Source: Amphiscolops sp. MND2022 (lineage: Eukaryota). Taken from it: a stretch of 64,000 bases of DNA. The stretch's first letter is position 1; each line of letters opens with the position of its first letter. The translations under genes and the position numbers were made by a program. The stretch is taken from positions 58,096,001 to 58,160,000 of the forward strand of contig OZ076409.1 of assembly GCA_964187785.1 (NCBI GenBank), in the 5' to 3' direction. A model generated the notes under the pieces. That model was given only the letters and a program-made list of their open reading frames with translations. It was not told where the DNA came from and ran no database searches. This document shows positions 12,279-24,073 of this stretch, one piece after another.

Positions 12279-15200
12279 TTATTGTATTGTAAGAGTTATC
12301 TCTTGAGGTACTTCGACTTCGGTATCGATTATCATAGTGTTTTGTTCTATCGTTTGAAGGAGAACGAAAGTATTGTACAAAAATTTTTGTGGAGATTTAG
12401 ATCGAGCATATGCTTCTCGTTTATCTTCGTCATCTCGTTGTTTTTTGAAACAAGCTGAAACGGAGTGATTTGTTCTATGACAGTAAGAGCAATATTTCTT
12501 GTATGCAGGTTTATTTTTGTTGTTTGGGTCTTTGGGTTGTGTAAACATAATTGTTCTTGAGATGAAGGGTCAAGAGTTTGAGTGTTTAATTGTTTTGTAA
12601 TATTGTTTATTTCAAGTGTAAGATCATGTGTTCTGATTTTGTCATTTGCAATATCTTCAGCGTCCACAAGTTTTACTAGTGTATGAAAAGGAATTGAAGG
12701 TTCTAAAACAGTGGAAGTGTGTTTTACTTGTCTTTTGTTTGCAAAGTCTTTAAGATTTTTTGGAAATCCTTTTGTAAAGATTTCATTACATTTAAGGTTA
12801 ATCGTGGATGCATTCTCATTACACCAGCCTTTTTCAACCAGTTGTTGAACTTTGAGTGCAAAATGACGTACTGTTTCGTTATCCTTTTTGGTTAAATTAA
12901 GGGCTTCAACTTGAGCATAATAAGCATTCTTTTGTGAAGAAAATTGTTTTTTGAAAGCTTGTACAAAAGCGTGCCAATCATGTTTATAGGTGTCGTTTAA
13001 ACGAATGTACCAACTAAGTGCTGTACCTGTTAAAGAGCATTGTATGAAAGCCATGCGAAGAGCGTGCCAAAATTTATATTCATGTTCTGAAGTAGGTTGT
13101 AAACCAAAGGAGAATGTAACACGTGCCTCAATATGTTGTAAATATTCTTCAGGTGTATAGTTATGATCTAGTCCATCAAAAGGTTTAATGGGTTCCGATA
13201 TAGAAGTAGAAGAATTGATATATGTTGGGTGTGACATAGTATTGTAAGATACGGTAGATGGTGGTGTTGTATTGTACGTAGGATTATTTGAAATATTAGT
13301 TAAAGTAGTAGTAGAAGTGTTATGAAAGTGAGGGTTAGTTCTAATTGTTGTTGAAGGAGAATTTTGTATTTGAAATTGGGAAGTTTGTAATTTAGGTGTG
13401 ATTGTATTAGATGTATGTTGAGAAGAAGGAGTATTTAAAGGATTGGGTGTGTTATAATTTATTTGAGATTGTTGTGTATTACTTGGATTATTACTGGTGA
13501 GACTGTACGATAATGGATTAGTTATTATGGTTTGTAATGGAGGTCGAGAAAGATGTCTGGCAGTGGTATAATTAAAGGATTGGTTGGAATGAATGGTGTT
13601 AATATTTAATGTAGGTTGTGTAGTTGGTACTTGGTTAGTTTGAGCTGGAGTATAAGTTGAAGTTTGCATTTCAGCAGGTGATGGTGGGGTTGGTGTTTGA
13701 AAATGTACTGTATGAGTGTTCTGTGTAAAATGGTGTGTATTTGATGAGCTTTGTTGAGAAGAATTATGGGTGTTTATTTGAGTTGAGAATTGAGGTGGAA
13801 CAGGAGGTGGATTATAATTTCGGGGAGATGGTACTTGTGTCTGAGAAGGTTGTGTAATATTAGTATTGGATGTAGATAAAACAGAGGTATTGTCTGGATT
13901 GGTAGTGAAAGTGTTTTCTTGATTTTGGTTGTTAGATTCATTTTGTGTAATATTGTGGGTAGGAATTAATAGAATCTTTGAATCATCAGTTATTGTAAAG
14001 CTTCGTGTATTTTGTACTGTTTCTTCAGAGATTTCTAATGGATCGTGAATTGTAGTTGTTTCAGACGGATTTGGCTGTTGTATATCTGAGATTTGTGATA
14101 TTGGTGGGTATAGTGGTTGATCTTGAGGAGGATCAGAAATTTGAAACAGGTTAGTAAGGTCTTCTTGTTCTGATTGTTCTGATTGTTGTCTTATATACGA
14201 TGGTTCGACATTAGAGGTTTGTTCTTCAAGAGTTGTTTCAGGAGTAGTATCGGATGTAAATAAAGGTCGGTTATCTGATGTTTCAGAATGTTCAACTACA
14301 ACGTTGTGATCTAGATGTATTTGTTCAAAATGTGTAACATTGAATGACGTAAGATCTCTCTATTTTAAATGTTTGTTTTCATTTTTGATAATATATGGTA
14401 AAAGTTCTATAGGTGTTAATATTTGAGGGAAATTAATGTAAGCTTGTTGATCTTTTTGTTCCCAAAGTAATTGATAGTTAAATCTAAGGAACTTTAATAG
14501 GAATTGTGTAAAACTTTTGATTTGAGGTATAGTGTCATCTGTAAGGATAATGTTGTTAAAGTATCTGTATTGGAAATTTTTTATTTGTAAAATATCTCGT
14601 TGTAGCCAATAATGGGTGTTATCGTGTCTTTGAACTTTTGTGTCAAGATCAGGGACCTCGAAATATTCAGATCTGTGTTTTAGTTCTTGTAGGTGAGAAG
14701 GACGATAGAGTGGTGTATTTTGGTTTTCATTGAATTCAATGAGTTTTTGCATGTATGTGCGGAAAACATCTTGGATAGAAACAGTAATATTTTGTGGGTG
14801 ATTGGTTCTATAAAATGTTCCAGAGTTTATTCCTTTAACTGGGTTAAAATAACTTGGAAATGGGTTTGTGATGATGTTGTTTCAAGTGTTTTATATCGAA
14901 TGTAATAAAGATAAGAATCACAATGTTCTAGTGCTAATGGAATAGTATGTACTATAGGGGGTTCTGTTTCAAATGGAAGTGGATTTGTGTACTGAAAAAA
15001 GATGTTATTCAGAAAAGGTGTTACATCTTGTATGAGAGATCGATTTTGTCTTTTTTCTGTATTTAATGTAAACGGAGTAGGAAGCATTATATGGTGTAAG
15101 ATTTAGTTAGTATTATAAGATTGCCATAAAGGGTAGATGTATTGGAAAAGAAGATATTTTGTATTGAATTGTGAATTATATGGTAAGATTTGGTCTATGA

Positions 15201-15372
15201 AGACAACTTGTAAGAAGATTGTAAGTGCTGTACTTATGAAAAGAAGGAATGGGTTTTGTATATTTTGTATAAGTGTATAAAAGGTATGGTAGATACTAAG
15301 CAGTCCAAAAAGAGGTAGTACTATACTTATTAACATAGAAGGAAAGGTTGTACTTTCAAAAATTTGGGACAA
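12279..15372 (-). pseudogene. gag: gag: hydrophobic N-terminal extension, long T/Q/P-rich region, retrotransposon capsid domain, CCHC knuckle
   Basis: IKPFDG..EEYLQHIE..LTGTALSWY..FKKQFS..KKDNETVRHFA (capsid) and CSYCHRTNHSVSAC (CX2CX4HX4C). Upstream ORF fragments 14360-15372 look like disrupted parts of the same ORF. Confidence 0.75.
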
Positions 15373-15893
15373 ACGAAATTAAAAATTTGTCAAGAAAAAG
15401 TGCAAGACCGGCAACGATAGCAACAAAGAACCAAAAGCATACAATGAGCTCAACTACAGTGTCTACTGAAGGTGGCATGTACAATGAAGTTCTATGAAGA
15501 GTGTGTCAAAGAGGTTGTATAAAAATTTGTTATATAAGTGTATGAAAAAATGAGAGTTATATAAAGAAATATGTGATTTATGTGTTATATATTTTAATTG
15601 TTATGTATTTGGATCCGTAAACTTGTTTTAAAAGAGTTTTGTATGATGTTTGTACTATAGAAGAGAGAGAAAGAAAGGTATTATAATGATGTTATGGAAA
15701 AATATATGTTATATAGGAGTGCCAACTTTTAAAGTTGATCCGAGCGGCTAGAACCAAAGAATTTTTTACTAGCAGGTATCGCTGGATAGCACTGTAGAAG
15801 GGCCAACACGTATCGCATGTCTGCGGTTGGAACGGAAGAAAGAGAGAAAGCCAACACGAATTCACTCAGAGGTGGTTGGAACGAAAAATTGTT

Positions 15894-16025
15894 ACTGACA
15901 GGAATTACGCAAATAGACGTAGTCAGAACCAAGAAATATGACTGACAGGAATTACGTTGAGAAACGCAGTCAGAACCAAGAAATGTAACTGACAGGAATT
16001 ACGTGAGGAGACGTAGTCAGAACCA
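15894..16025 (-). repeat. Three 47-bp direct repeats forming stem-loops in the 5' leader of the gypsy-env element
   Basis: ACTGACAGGAATTACG..N..CG(T/C)AGTCAGAACCA at 15894, 15941 and 15988, with CTGAC/GTCAG and TACG/CGTA inverted pairs. Confidence 0.85.
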
Positions 16026-16206
16026 TAGCAACACGAATCAATTTCTAGGAGAAATTGGTTGCAGCGTTGAAGTTAATAGCGGTAGTCGATATTGAGAGGT
16101 GGAGAAACTGTGTGTCGAACAAAGAGATATCGAATAAGAAAGTCGAGAAAAGGTGTACAACAATTGTAGAGTTGTGAAATGAATGGGAGAGAAAGAAGAA
16201 TTTTCT

Positions 16207-16217
16207 TGGTCGCACCA
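16207..16217 (-). promoter_or_regulatory. Putative primer-binding site (TGGTGCGACCA; tRNA-Gly-like, uncertain)
   Basis: TGG-initiated tract 7 nt downstream of the putative LTR end TTAACA on the minus strand. Confidence 0.55.
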
Positions 16218-16224
16218 ATTGAGC

Positions 16225-16644
16225 TGTTAAAAAGTGTTGTTGTAGTTTCTTTTAGATGTTTTATTACAGACATAAGAAGTCTAAAATTTTAACAGCGGGG
16301 TCGTATTACTTTTACCTTATAGCTAGCTAGGTCTAAGTACAATCTATTTCTGAGATCTCAGTTCTTGAAGTGTTGGAGATAAGACCGATCGTCAGGATGA
16401 ATTCTCAATTTCTCCGAGTAGATATATTCTATTAACTAGGGTAGGTTTCATCAATTAACAATGTGACAGCAACAGGATGAATCTAGGAAGCTTGTTACAG
16501 GATATATTAAGTGAAGTTTCTTCTAGAATAATTAGCTTTCAAATGAGATTACATTTACTAATTGCTTTGGTTAGGAGTTCAGAGTATTTCAGATTTATAG
16601 AATCTTTGAGGACATGCATCATGGCATCACAGGTTACCGTTACA
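16225..16644 (-). mobile_element. Putative 5' LTR of the gypsy-env element (~420 bp)
   Basis: Minus strand begins TGTAACGG and ends TTAACA, with an AATAAA near its end, adjacent to the PBS. The partner LTR is not in the window. Confidence 0.6.
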
Positions 16645-17749
16645 AGTAACAAACATAAAAGAAGACTTTTTCTGTGAAATTGTGATTAGAAGTAAAGTTC
16701 AAGAACTCTTACACTGTCAGTGCAAATGTCACAACACAAAATTCACGGTCACAAGTTGAAAATTTTTGTTCTTTTTGTTTATTTAACAAAAAATTCAGGA
16801 GACGACTTGAATTTTTTTATCAGATTGAGGTTGGACCAGATTTGCTACAAAACCATTAAGTGAAAGATCAACTGTAATATAAAATGGAAAAGTGGTGTTT
16901 CCTTTTGCTAGTTCGGTATCTTCTATTAATACGGAAAAGTATTAATATCTAAACAACGAGTCAGTTTCTGGATTTGCGAAACAAGAAATTGTTACTGAGA
17001 AGAGTTTTGAATGAGTTGAGTGAAATGTGTAGTCTGTTGATAGATTTGTAGTAGCAAGTGCTTGAGCCAATGATTCTCGTGAATTCACTCTCTGAGGTTG
17101 GTAAAAAAAGAACTTTGCAGAGGCTAGTCTATGATTTTTGAGAGCGTAAGTTTATTGAGGTTGTTCAATTATTTCAAACATTTAAGGTTTGGTGTGTCAG
17201 AGGTGTAACGTGGTCGAGAAAAATTCAGCCGTAAAATATGCCATGTGTACCATAGCAGGTTTGATATATAACAAGGAGTTTGCAAAGTATAATTATTTAT
17301 CTTCATTGATGTCAGGCAACAATGAATTGGAGTTTCAAAACACTTTTCAATACATATGCGGCAAACGTTTTTCCAACAAAACAAGAGCGAAACGTATTTT
17401 AGTCAAATGGTGCAGACTGTTTAACGGAATTTTTGATGCACAGTGTAAAGAGAAATTGAGGATTTCAATCATTAAGCCCAACAAGAACAAAGTGTAAACC
17501 ATGCAAGACTTTTCGAGTACTTAGGAAAATTATTCAATGAAAGCGAAAAAGAATCAGAGTTTGATTTCTTCAAAAAGTTAAACAATACATAAATTCTACT
17601 TTCTTGATTTCGCTTCACCTTTTGATTTCAGTTGTTAGTCAGTTTCACTGCTTCACATATCGCATTGAACTGTATTAGACCAATTGGACAATTTGACAAA
17701 AATTTTTAGGACTGCTTCAGACTTATTTGACTTGAGAAGCTGCGAAAAA

Positions 17750-20200
17750 CGACATTGCTTCTGCCTCAGCTGTTCACGGTGCAACCGTTGTCGTAATTTT
17801 GAGCTATAGAAGCAAAAACCACGGGTGGACTTCGTTTCATATAACTAACTGTATTTTTAAGCAGATGAAGCAAACCCCACTGGTGGACTTCATTTCATAA
17901 AACTTTCCTGCCCAATCTGCATCACTAGAACATGTGAACTTGAGTTGTTTGTATGTTCTATACGTCAGTTTCCTACAATTTTTTGCCTTCAGAAAACTCA
18001 ATAATACAACTCAATTTCTTTATGATCAATGTCTACAGCCTGGATTTGGAACCTATAGACTTAAGGCACTCTCGGCGAAAGTTATGTCAGGTCTTGATAA
18101 CTTCGTTAAGTATTTTAAGCAAACAATCATTCCGCGGAAATTACAGTTCTCCATCTCATTTTGTTGTTGGCTGCTTCTTCAGCAACAGACGTGAAAAAAC
18201 TCTTTGGCAACCTTCTTTCCAAAGGTTTCGAGTCTCTTTTGGATTAGTTTTCTTTGGATATTTCTAGTCTGCCGTTCTCACGTCATTTTGCATATCCAAG
18301 AACCAACGCAAGTCATCAACTGCACTTTCGTCAACTTCACTTCAAATACGTTTGGGTCCGTTTTTCTCAAATACTTTGTGAAATACTTTGTCGTCGTTAC
18401 AGTAGAATAAGTGAACTACCCAATTGGGCCATTTCGTTCCCTCAAGTACAAACAGAATTGACCTTTGCTCGGCTTGAACTGAATGCTGAGCAAAAAGTCT
18501 CTGAGTGTACTGAACCAGATGCGACCGGATTGATTCAATCAATGATGTGATTTTTTCAGTATTCAAACATAGTTTTTGCCGTTAGCTTTTTTCATAATAA
18601 AGTCTGCCGCCTGATCTTCAATTATTTCTTCTCCATACCTGCGTTCTAGCAGTAAGCGGACTTTATGCTCAACTGTTTTAACTAAGTTTCTTTCTGAAAA
18701 GCTGAACTCGAATGTTACCATTTTGACGGTCGGACTTTATGCTTGATTGTACTCAAAACGTTGTTTTTGCTAGATTTCTGTGGCTACGTATCTTGCTTTG
18801 TTCTGGCAAATTTTTCCTCTACTGGTTCTCCCATTTGCAAAGTCCCATTTACCAGTTACAACGTTTCATCGAATTCCCAAACGTCTATCTTCTATAGGAT
18901 ATCCATGTTCTGTTTCCATCGCACGAAGCCACTCTGGAGTGCAAAGCGCGTCTTCGATGCTTTTCAATAAATGTTCATCAACATAATCGCTATTATATGC
19001 AACCGATATGTAATTCCATCGAACTCAAACAAACCTAAATTGTTAGATATGTTGCTGCTTGTACCTGCGACAGAGTCTATCAGGCGTTGTCGCGTTTCGG
19101 CCGCATCTGTTTTAGAAGGCACAGTCGAACTATGCAGCTGAATTTTTGTGGTAGTCATGTCGGATCAATAAGTCATATCGCTGATGAAGTTTTGTGTTTT
19201 GACGACTGTTTATATGTTTTGCAGATTCATTTCACTCCCGCATTCGTTGAGTACGAAAAAAACTCAATATCACTTCAGTTTTTGAGAGTGTGTTTCACCT
19301 GGGAAAATAGTCTCGTTGGATATCACATTGCAGTTACTTTTGTTGATGAACTCTGCGCTATCAACAAATCTGACCGAATATGACTTATAATTGTTGCTAT
19401 ACTTGAACGAAAAACCTTCCGAAGCTTCACTTTCAAGCTTGTTCTGCTTTTGGGTTTTTAATTACGTGAAAGCTTGACATCCGAGAACTCGAAAAGGGGA
19501 CACATCTAGTGTCTTCTCAAAACATTCTCAAGAGGTGTTCACCCATGAGCAGAGCGAAGTCTTAAATTTTTTATGTGGGAAACTGCTCATTATGCAAACG
19601 ATCAAAAAGATTCAAGTTAGCCTGCCGTGTTCATTAGACACCTAGATTCGATCGTTCCCCAACTTCCTTCTTTTTAATTATTTTGTTCCCGAGCGTACCC
19701 ACTAATAAACTCTTGATAGATTACTTGCTGTAAACAAATGTTCGCAAAATTTTAAAGTTTGAACTCTTCAGCAAAATCAGTGACAATCTTTCAGTGTTCT
19801 TCAAAGTCAGATGTAAACGCCAAAATCTCTGTTCCGACTTCAGCTCTTCTTCCTGGTTGAATAACAGCACCGAGTCTGTCGAAGCTACCGAGGAACGATA
19901 GAGCTTATATGAAATTATCGATCGACATGGTGTCCATTGGTGATATTTCTACGTGGAGTGTGTCATTCAGCTTTAGCTCGTACTTCACAGTTTACCGGTA
20001 ATTGCTTGGTCTCTTCTGTGTTACACACATCGCAAGGTCTGTTTTCTTGTTCTACGGACTCCATATCAACCACAGCAATCGCCAAAATTCGAGAATTATT
20101 TTTGGAATTATGGACAAATATTTCTTGCCAAAGTTGAAGACTTGCAGTTGTGGCACTGCGTTGCAAACACAAACAACAAATTTGTAAAAAATAAAGAAAA
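17750..20200 (-). pseudogene. Heavily decayed Ty1/copia pol (pre-integrase, integrase, RT, RNase H)
   Basis: Manual translation gives PCDVCNTEETKQLP (pre-IN); SWGTIE-SRCLMNTAG..SAHG*TPLE (IN); ILKKS..LNQSGRIWFSTLRDFLLSIQFKPS..CLY (RT); DADWAGKFYEMKSTSGVCF and TTVAP*TAEAEA (RNase H). IN precedes RT. Confidence 0.8.
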
Positions 20201-23200
20201 TATTTTCGCACAATAAAATATCGCGAACTATGTCACGTTCCGTATCAAACAGATCGCTCGCATGTTATTTGATGAAATTCTTGGTCGAAACTATTTTTTT
20301 TGTTCATTCGGAAACATACAACGATTCTTCGAGTTTCAAGTGTTGCTGTTGGCCTTGTTCGACTTTTTCGAAGAAACTGATTGATCAACCACCTTCTATA
20401 TTGAATTCAGCTCTGTTCACACCTTCAGTTTTATATTTTTCTGGTTCATCAACTCCTGTTTTTGACTCGATTTTTTGAGCACTCGATTTTTTGATTCGTT
20501 TTGTCGCTTTTTTACTTCATAACATACTATGGCAGACACTTTTGCTCTGCATTCACTTTTTGGGATTGACATCGCAACTGTCACTCACAGTTCAAAAGCT
20601 CTCATGTTCGATCTGCAAAGGTTCTAGCTTCATATGAAGTTTTGAAAACAGTTACTAAAATGAGAAAATAGTTCGACAAACGTTTTAAGGATACCGGGCA
20701 TAGCGTTTGATCGCTAATGTTTTCTACAACAACGATTAAACTGAGCTGAAGTTCTTCAACTTTCAAAAAACTTCGCGCATACTTTTAAAGAGTTCGTTCT
20801 AAAGTTTGTTATATTATTCGACTATTGGTGGCTACGAGGACGTTCACAATTTTTTAAAACCGTTTTGCAAAGGTTCCTATGCCTGAGTAGCGCTACGTTT
20901 GGCTGCTTTACCTAAACTCAATGATTTTCTATTTTGAAATTGCACCAGTTCACACCAAATTTCGAACTGTTTTCTTTCAACTTGTTTTGCTCACTAGCTC
21001 TCCAAATCACATAATCATAAACGATGGTCCTCAAATCGAATGAATGAAGCCGTGCGTCAATCCGTTCAGCGAAATATTCAGACTCTTCGTCTTTTCGCGA
21101 AAACAACAACGTTTCCAATTTAGATTGATCGTACTGTACGGTAAGTCATTATATGTTTGAGTCGTCGGAACGAACAAAGACACTCAAAATTCTGAAACTT
21201 TGTGACTTGACTTTGTGCTGCTTGACCTGGTGATAATATTTCTCCGATTGTTTCTTCTATAATGACGCTTCTCTGGATCTCAAGAACATCCAAACGACCA
21301 ACAACGCAAATGAGAGGCAAGTTGTAGCAAAAACTAAGTTCAAAAGATTTCTTACTACCTGCCATGATAGGCAATGGATAGCTATATGCTCTTCGAAAAT
21401 TACTCAAAAAAATAAAATGCTATCTAAACGTCTGTCTGAAACATTGTCACCAAGGATTTTTCGCCAAACCTAAATATGTTCCTCTGAAGTGTTTTTAGAA
21501 TCTTCCGGGGAACTTATCAGAAAAGATGTGTAACATATGTGCAGTGTCGCTCAACTTCAAACTCAATTCTTAACAGCTTATGAAAAACAGCGAAAAATTT
21601 TACAAAACAATCGAAAACGTTTGAGCAAACATTTGATAATTTTACCCTCTTCATTCTCTGAAAATTGATTTCTGCCTGCATGGCTCTGTCGTTCACTGGA
21701 AAAAAGACTGCTTTTTTCTACTTGACTTCTTCAGCAAATATTCGGTTCTTTTGTCAGTCTACCTATGGGAAGCGACTTCTCATCAAACGTTGACAGCAAC
21801 TTTAGTTTTAGATGTTTGGTTAACACCGCACCACCTTTTGACTTTTGGTGCTGAGTGACAAAAGAGTTTGTAGCTTTTTTTCAACTCTATTCAGAGCAGT
21901 TTATCAGAAAAGTGGTTTATAAAGAAACATCAGAAGTCACTGATTATCTCACGATGAAACAAAACAAAACAAACGCGTGACTTCTAACAGGAGAAGTTGT
22001 TCATACATCTTAGGATTTCTGTTTCTAGCTTCCAAACATGCAATGACTTCTATATATCTCATTTGAAAGTTTGATTCTGGACTACAATCTCCACACAAAC
22101 CTAAAAATCGCCTTTTTTGCGCTTCATATCACACAATATACTATGGCAGACACTTCTGCTCTGCCTTCACTTTTTGGACGTTCAAGTTTCGTCACAATTT
22201 AGGCATTTCAAACATTAAGTGAAATAAAAATTTCTTCCTTGGTCGGTTTGACCTCGCAACTGTCACTCATAATTCAAAAGCTCTCGTTTTTTATCGTCAA
22301 AAAGTTTTAGCTTCAAATGAAATTTTAAAAACAGTTAAAACATTGTAAAACTGTTCGACAAACTTGTTACCAAACGCGTTTTATTGCTAAAGTTTGTCCA
22401 ACAACGATTAAACTAAGCTGAAGTTCTTCAACTTTCAAAAATCTTCGCGCATACTTTTAAAAAGTTCGTTCTAAGGTTTGTGATTTTATTCGACTATTGG
22501 TGGCTACGAGGACGTTCACAATTTTTTAAAACCGTTTGCAAAGGTTCCTATGCCTGAGTAGCGCTACGTTTGGCTGCTTTACCTAATCTCAATGATTTTC
22601 TGTTTAGATATTGCACCAGTTCACACCAAATTTCGAACTGTATTTCTTTCAACTTGTTTTGCTCACTAGCTATTTAAATCACATAATCAAAAACGATGGT
22701 CCTCAAATCTAGTAAATGAAGCGGTGTGTCAACCCGTCAGCTAAATATTCAAAGTCTTCGTCTTTTCGCGAAAACAACAACGTTTCCACTTTAGATTGAA
22801 GGTACAGTACGGTAAGTCATTTAATAATTGAGTCGTCGAAACTAACGAAGACATTCAAAATTCTAAAATTTTGTGAACTTGAGTTTGTACTGCTTGACCT
22901 GGTGATCAAATTTCTCCGATTGTTCCGTATTTAATGACGCTTCTCTGGACCTCAAGAACATCCAAATGACAAACAACGCAAATGAGAGGCAATTTGTAGC
23001 AAAAACTACGTTCACAAATGTTCAGAAGTTCAGAAGGAGAACAAAATTTCTTCTTTCAGAGATAGAAAAAAATGCTATCTAAACTTCTGTCTGAAACAAT
23101 GTCGCCAAGGTGTTTTCGTCAAACTTGAATAAGTTCCTCTGAAGCGTTTTTGGCAATTTATGAAAAAGTAGTCAAAAAAGGTGTAACCTATGTGTACTCT

Positions 23201-23617
23201 CGCTCAACTTCAAACTCAATTCTTTACAGCTATTGAAAAACAGCGCGAAACTTTACAAAAGCATCGAAAACGTTTGAACGTGAGTTTGAAAAGTTTACTC
23301 TCTTCAATCTCTGAAAGTTGATTTCTGCCTGCATGGCGCAGTGGTTCACTGGAAAAAAAGATTGTTTCTTCCCACTTGACTTTTTCAGCAACTATTCGGT
23401 TCTATTTTCAATCTATCTGTGGCAAGTGACTTCTCATCAAACGTTGAAGCAACCTTAGTTTTAGATGTTTGGTTAGGACTGCAACACCTTTTGACTTTTG
23501 GGACTGAGTGAGATGAAAAGCTTATAGCTTTAATTCAACTGTATTCAGAGAGTTAAACAGAAAAAAATCATCTGAATAAATATCACAAGTTAGTGATAAT
23601 CTCTCGCTGAAATAAAA

Positions 23618-24073
23618 AACAAGCCGGGAACGGCCCATCCGGGGGCATATCTAGGCCTCAAAAATAGCAAAAAGACTTTAATGTGTCAAATTTTTTGTCT
23701 CCGGTAAAACGCATAGTGCCAAAAAATGCAACAGGGGGACCTTTGAGAGTTCTTGAACATCTATTTATTTGTAAAACAGAAACAAATGAAGGGGGACACT
23801 TTGGAGACATTTAAAAAATGTGCAAAAAAAGTATCGCCAAGCCAAAAAAACCTGCACAAAAGAAATTTTGGTCTTTGGCGGGACTCGAACCCACGTCCTT
23901 CGGCTTGGCAGACATCAAAAACTATCCTAATTAACCTCTATGCTAAGTGGCAGTAGACGTTAGAAGTGTGGCAGTTAGTGGACGCAGCTTATAAAGCTTA
24001 TTAAATCTATCACTTCGTTGGTCTTAAAAAAGTCACTGCTATTTTCTGCGTTTTCTACGAAAAGCGCCCAGTA
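23618..24073 (-). mobile_element. HINE/DINE-like non-autonomous Helentron, family 1, with internal tRNA-like 3' half; 3'-truncated copies in each young repeat unit
   Basis: Minus strand ends GGGCCGTTCCCGGCTTGTT (hairpin + CTTGTT) and sits in a T-run. An empty site is visible at 30661-30690. Internal GTGGGTTCGAGTCCCGC..GACCA. Confidence 0.7.

Larger units (their letters stand above)
1503..16644 (-). mobile_element. Large degenerate Ty3/gypsy retrovirus-like element with env; 3' end interrupted by Bel/Pao insertion
   Basis: Minus-strand order is LTR, PBS, gag (CCHC), protease, RT (YIDD), RNase H, integrase (HHCC, DDE, GPY), env-like glycoprotein, extra ORF. RT-RH-IN order plus gypsy-type motifs. 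Several stops and frameshifts. Confidence 0.92.

Noticed and set aside
15894..16025. CRISPR-like look of regularly spaced palindromic repeats
   Set aside because: Only 3 units, variable part ~8 nt, no cas genes, eukaryotic retroelement leader context.
23860..23915. Functional tRNA genes in each repeat unit and at 60343-60410
   Set aside because: 5' half missing or anticodon loop collapsed to 3 nt and B box degenerate; embedded in transposons.
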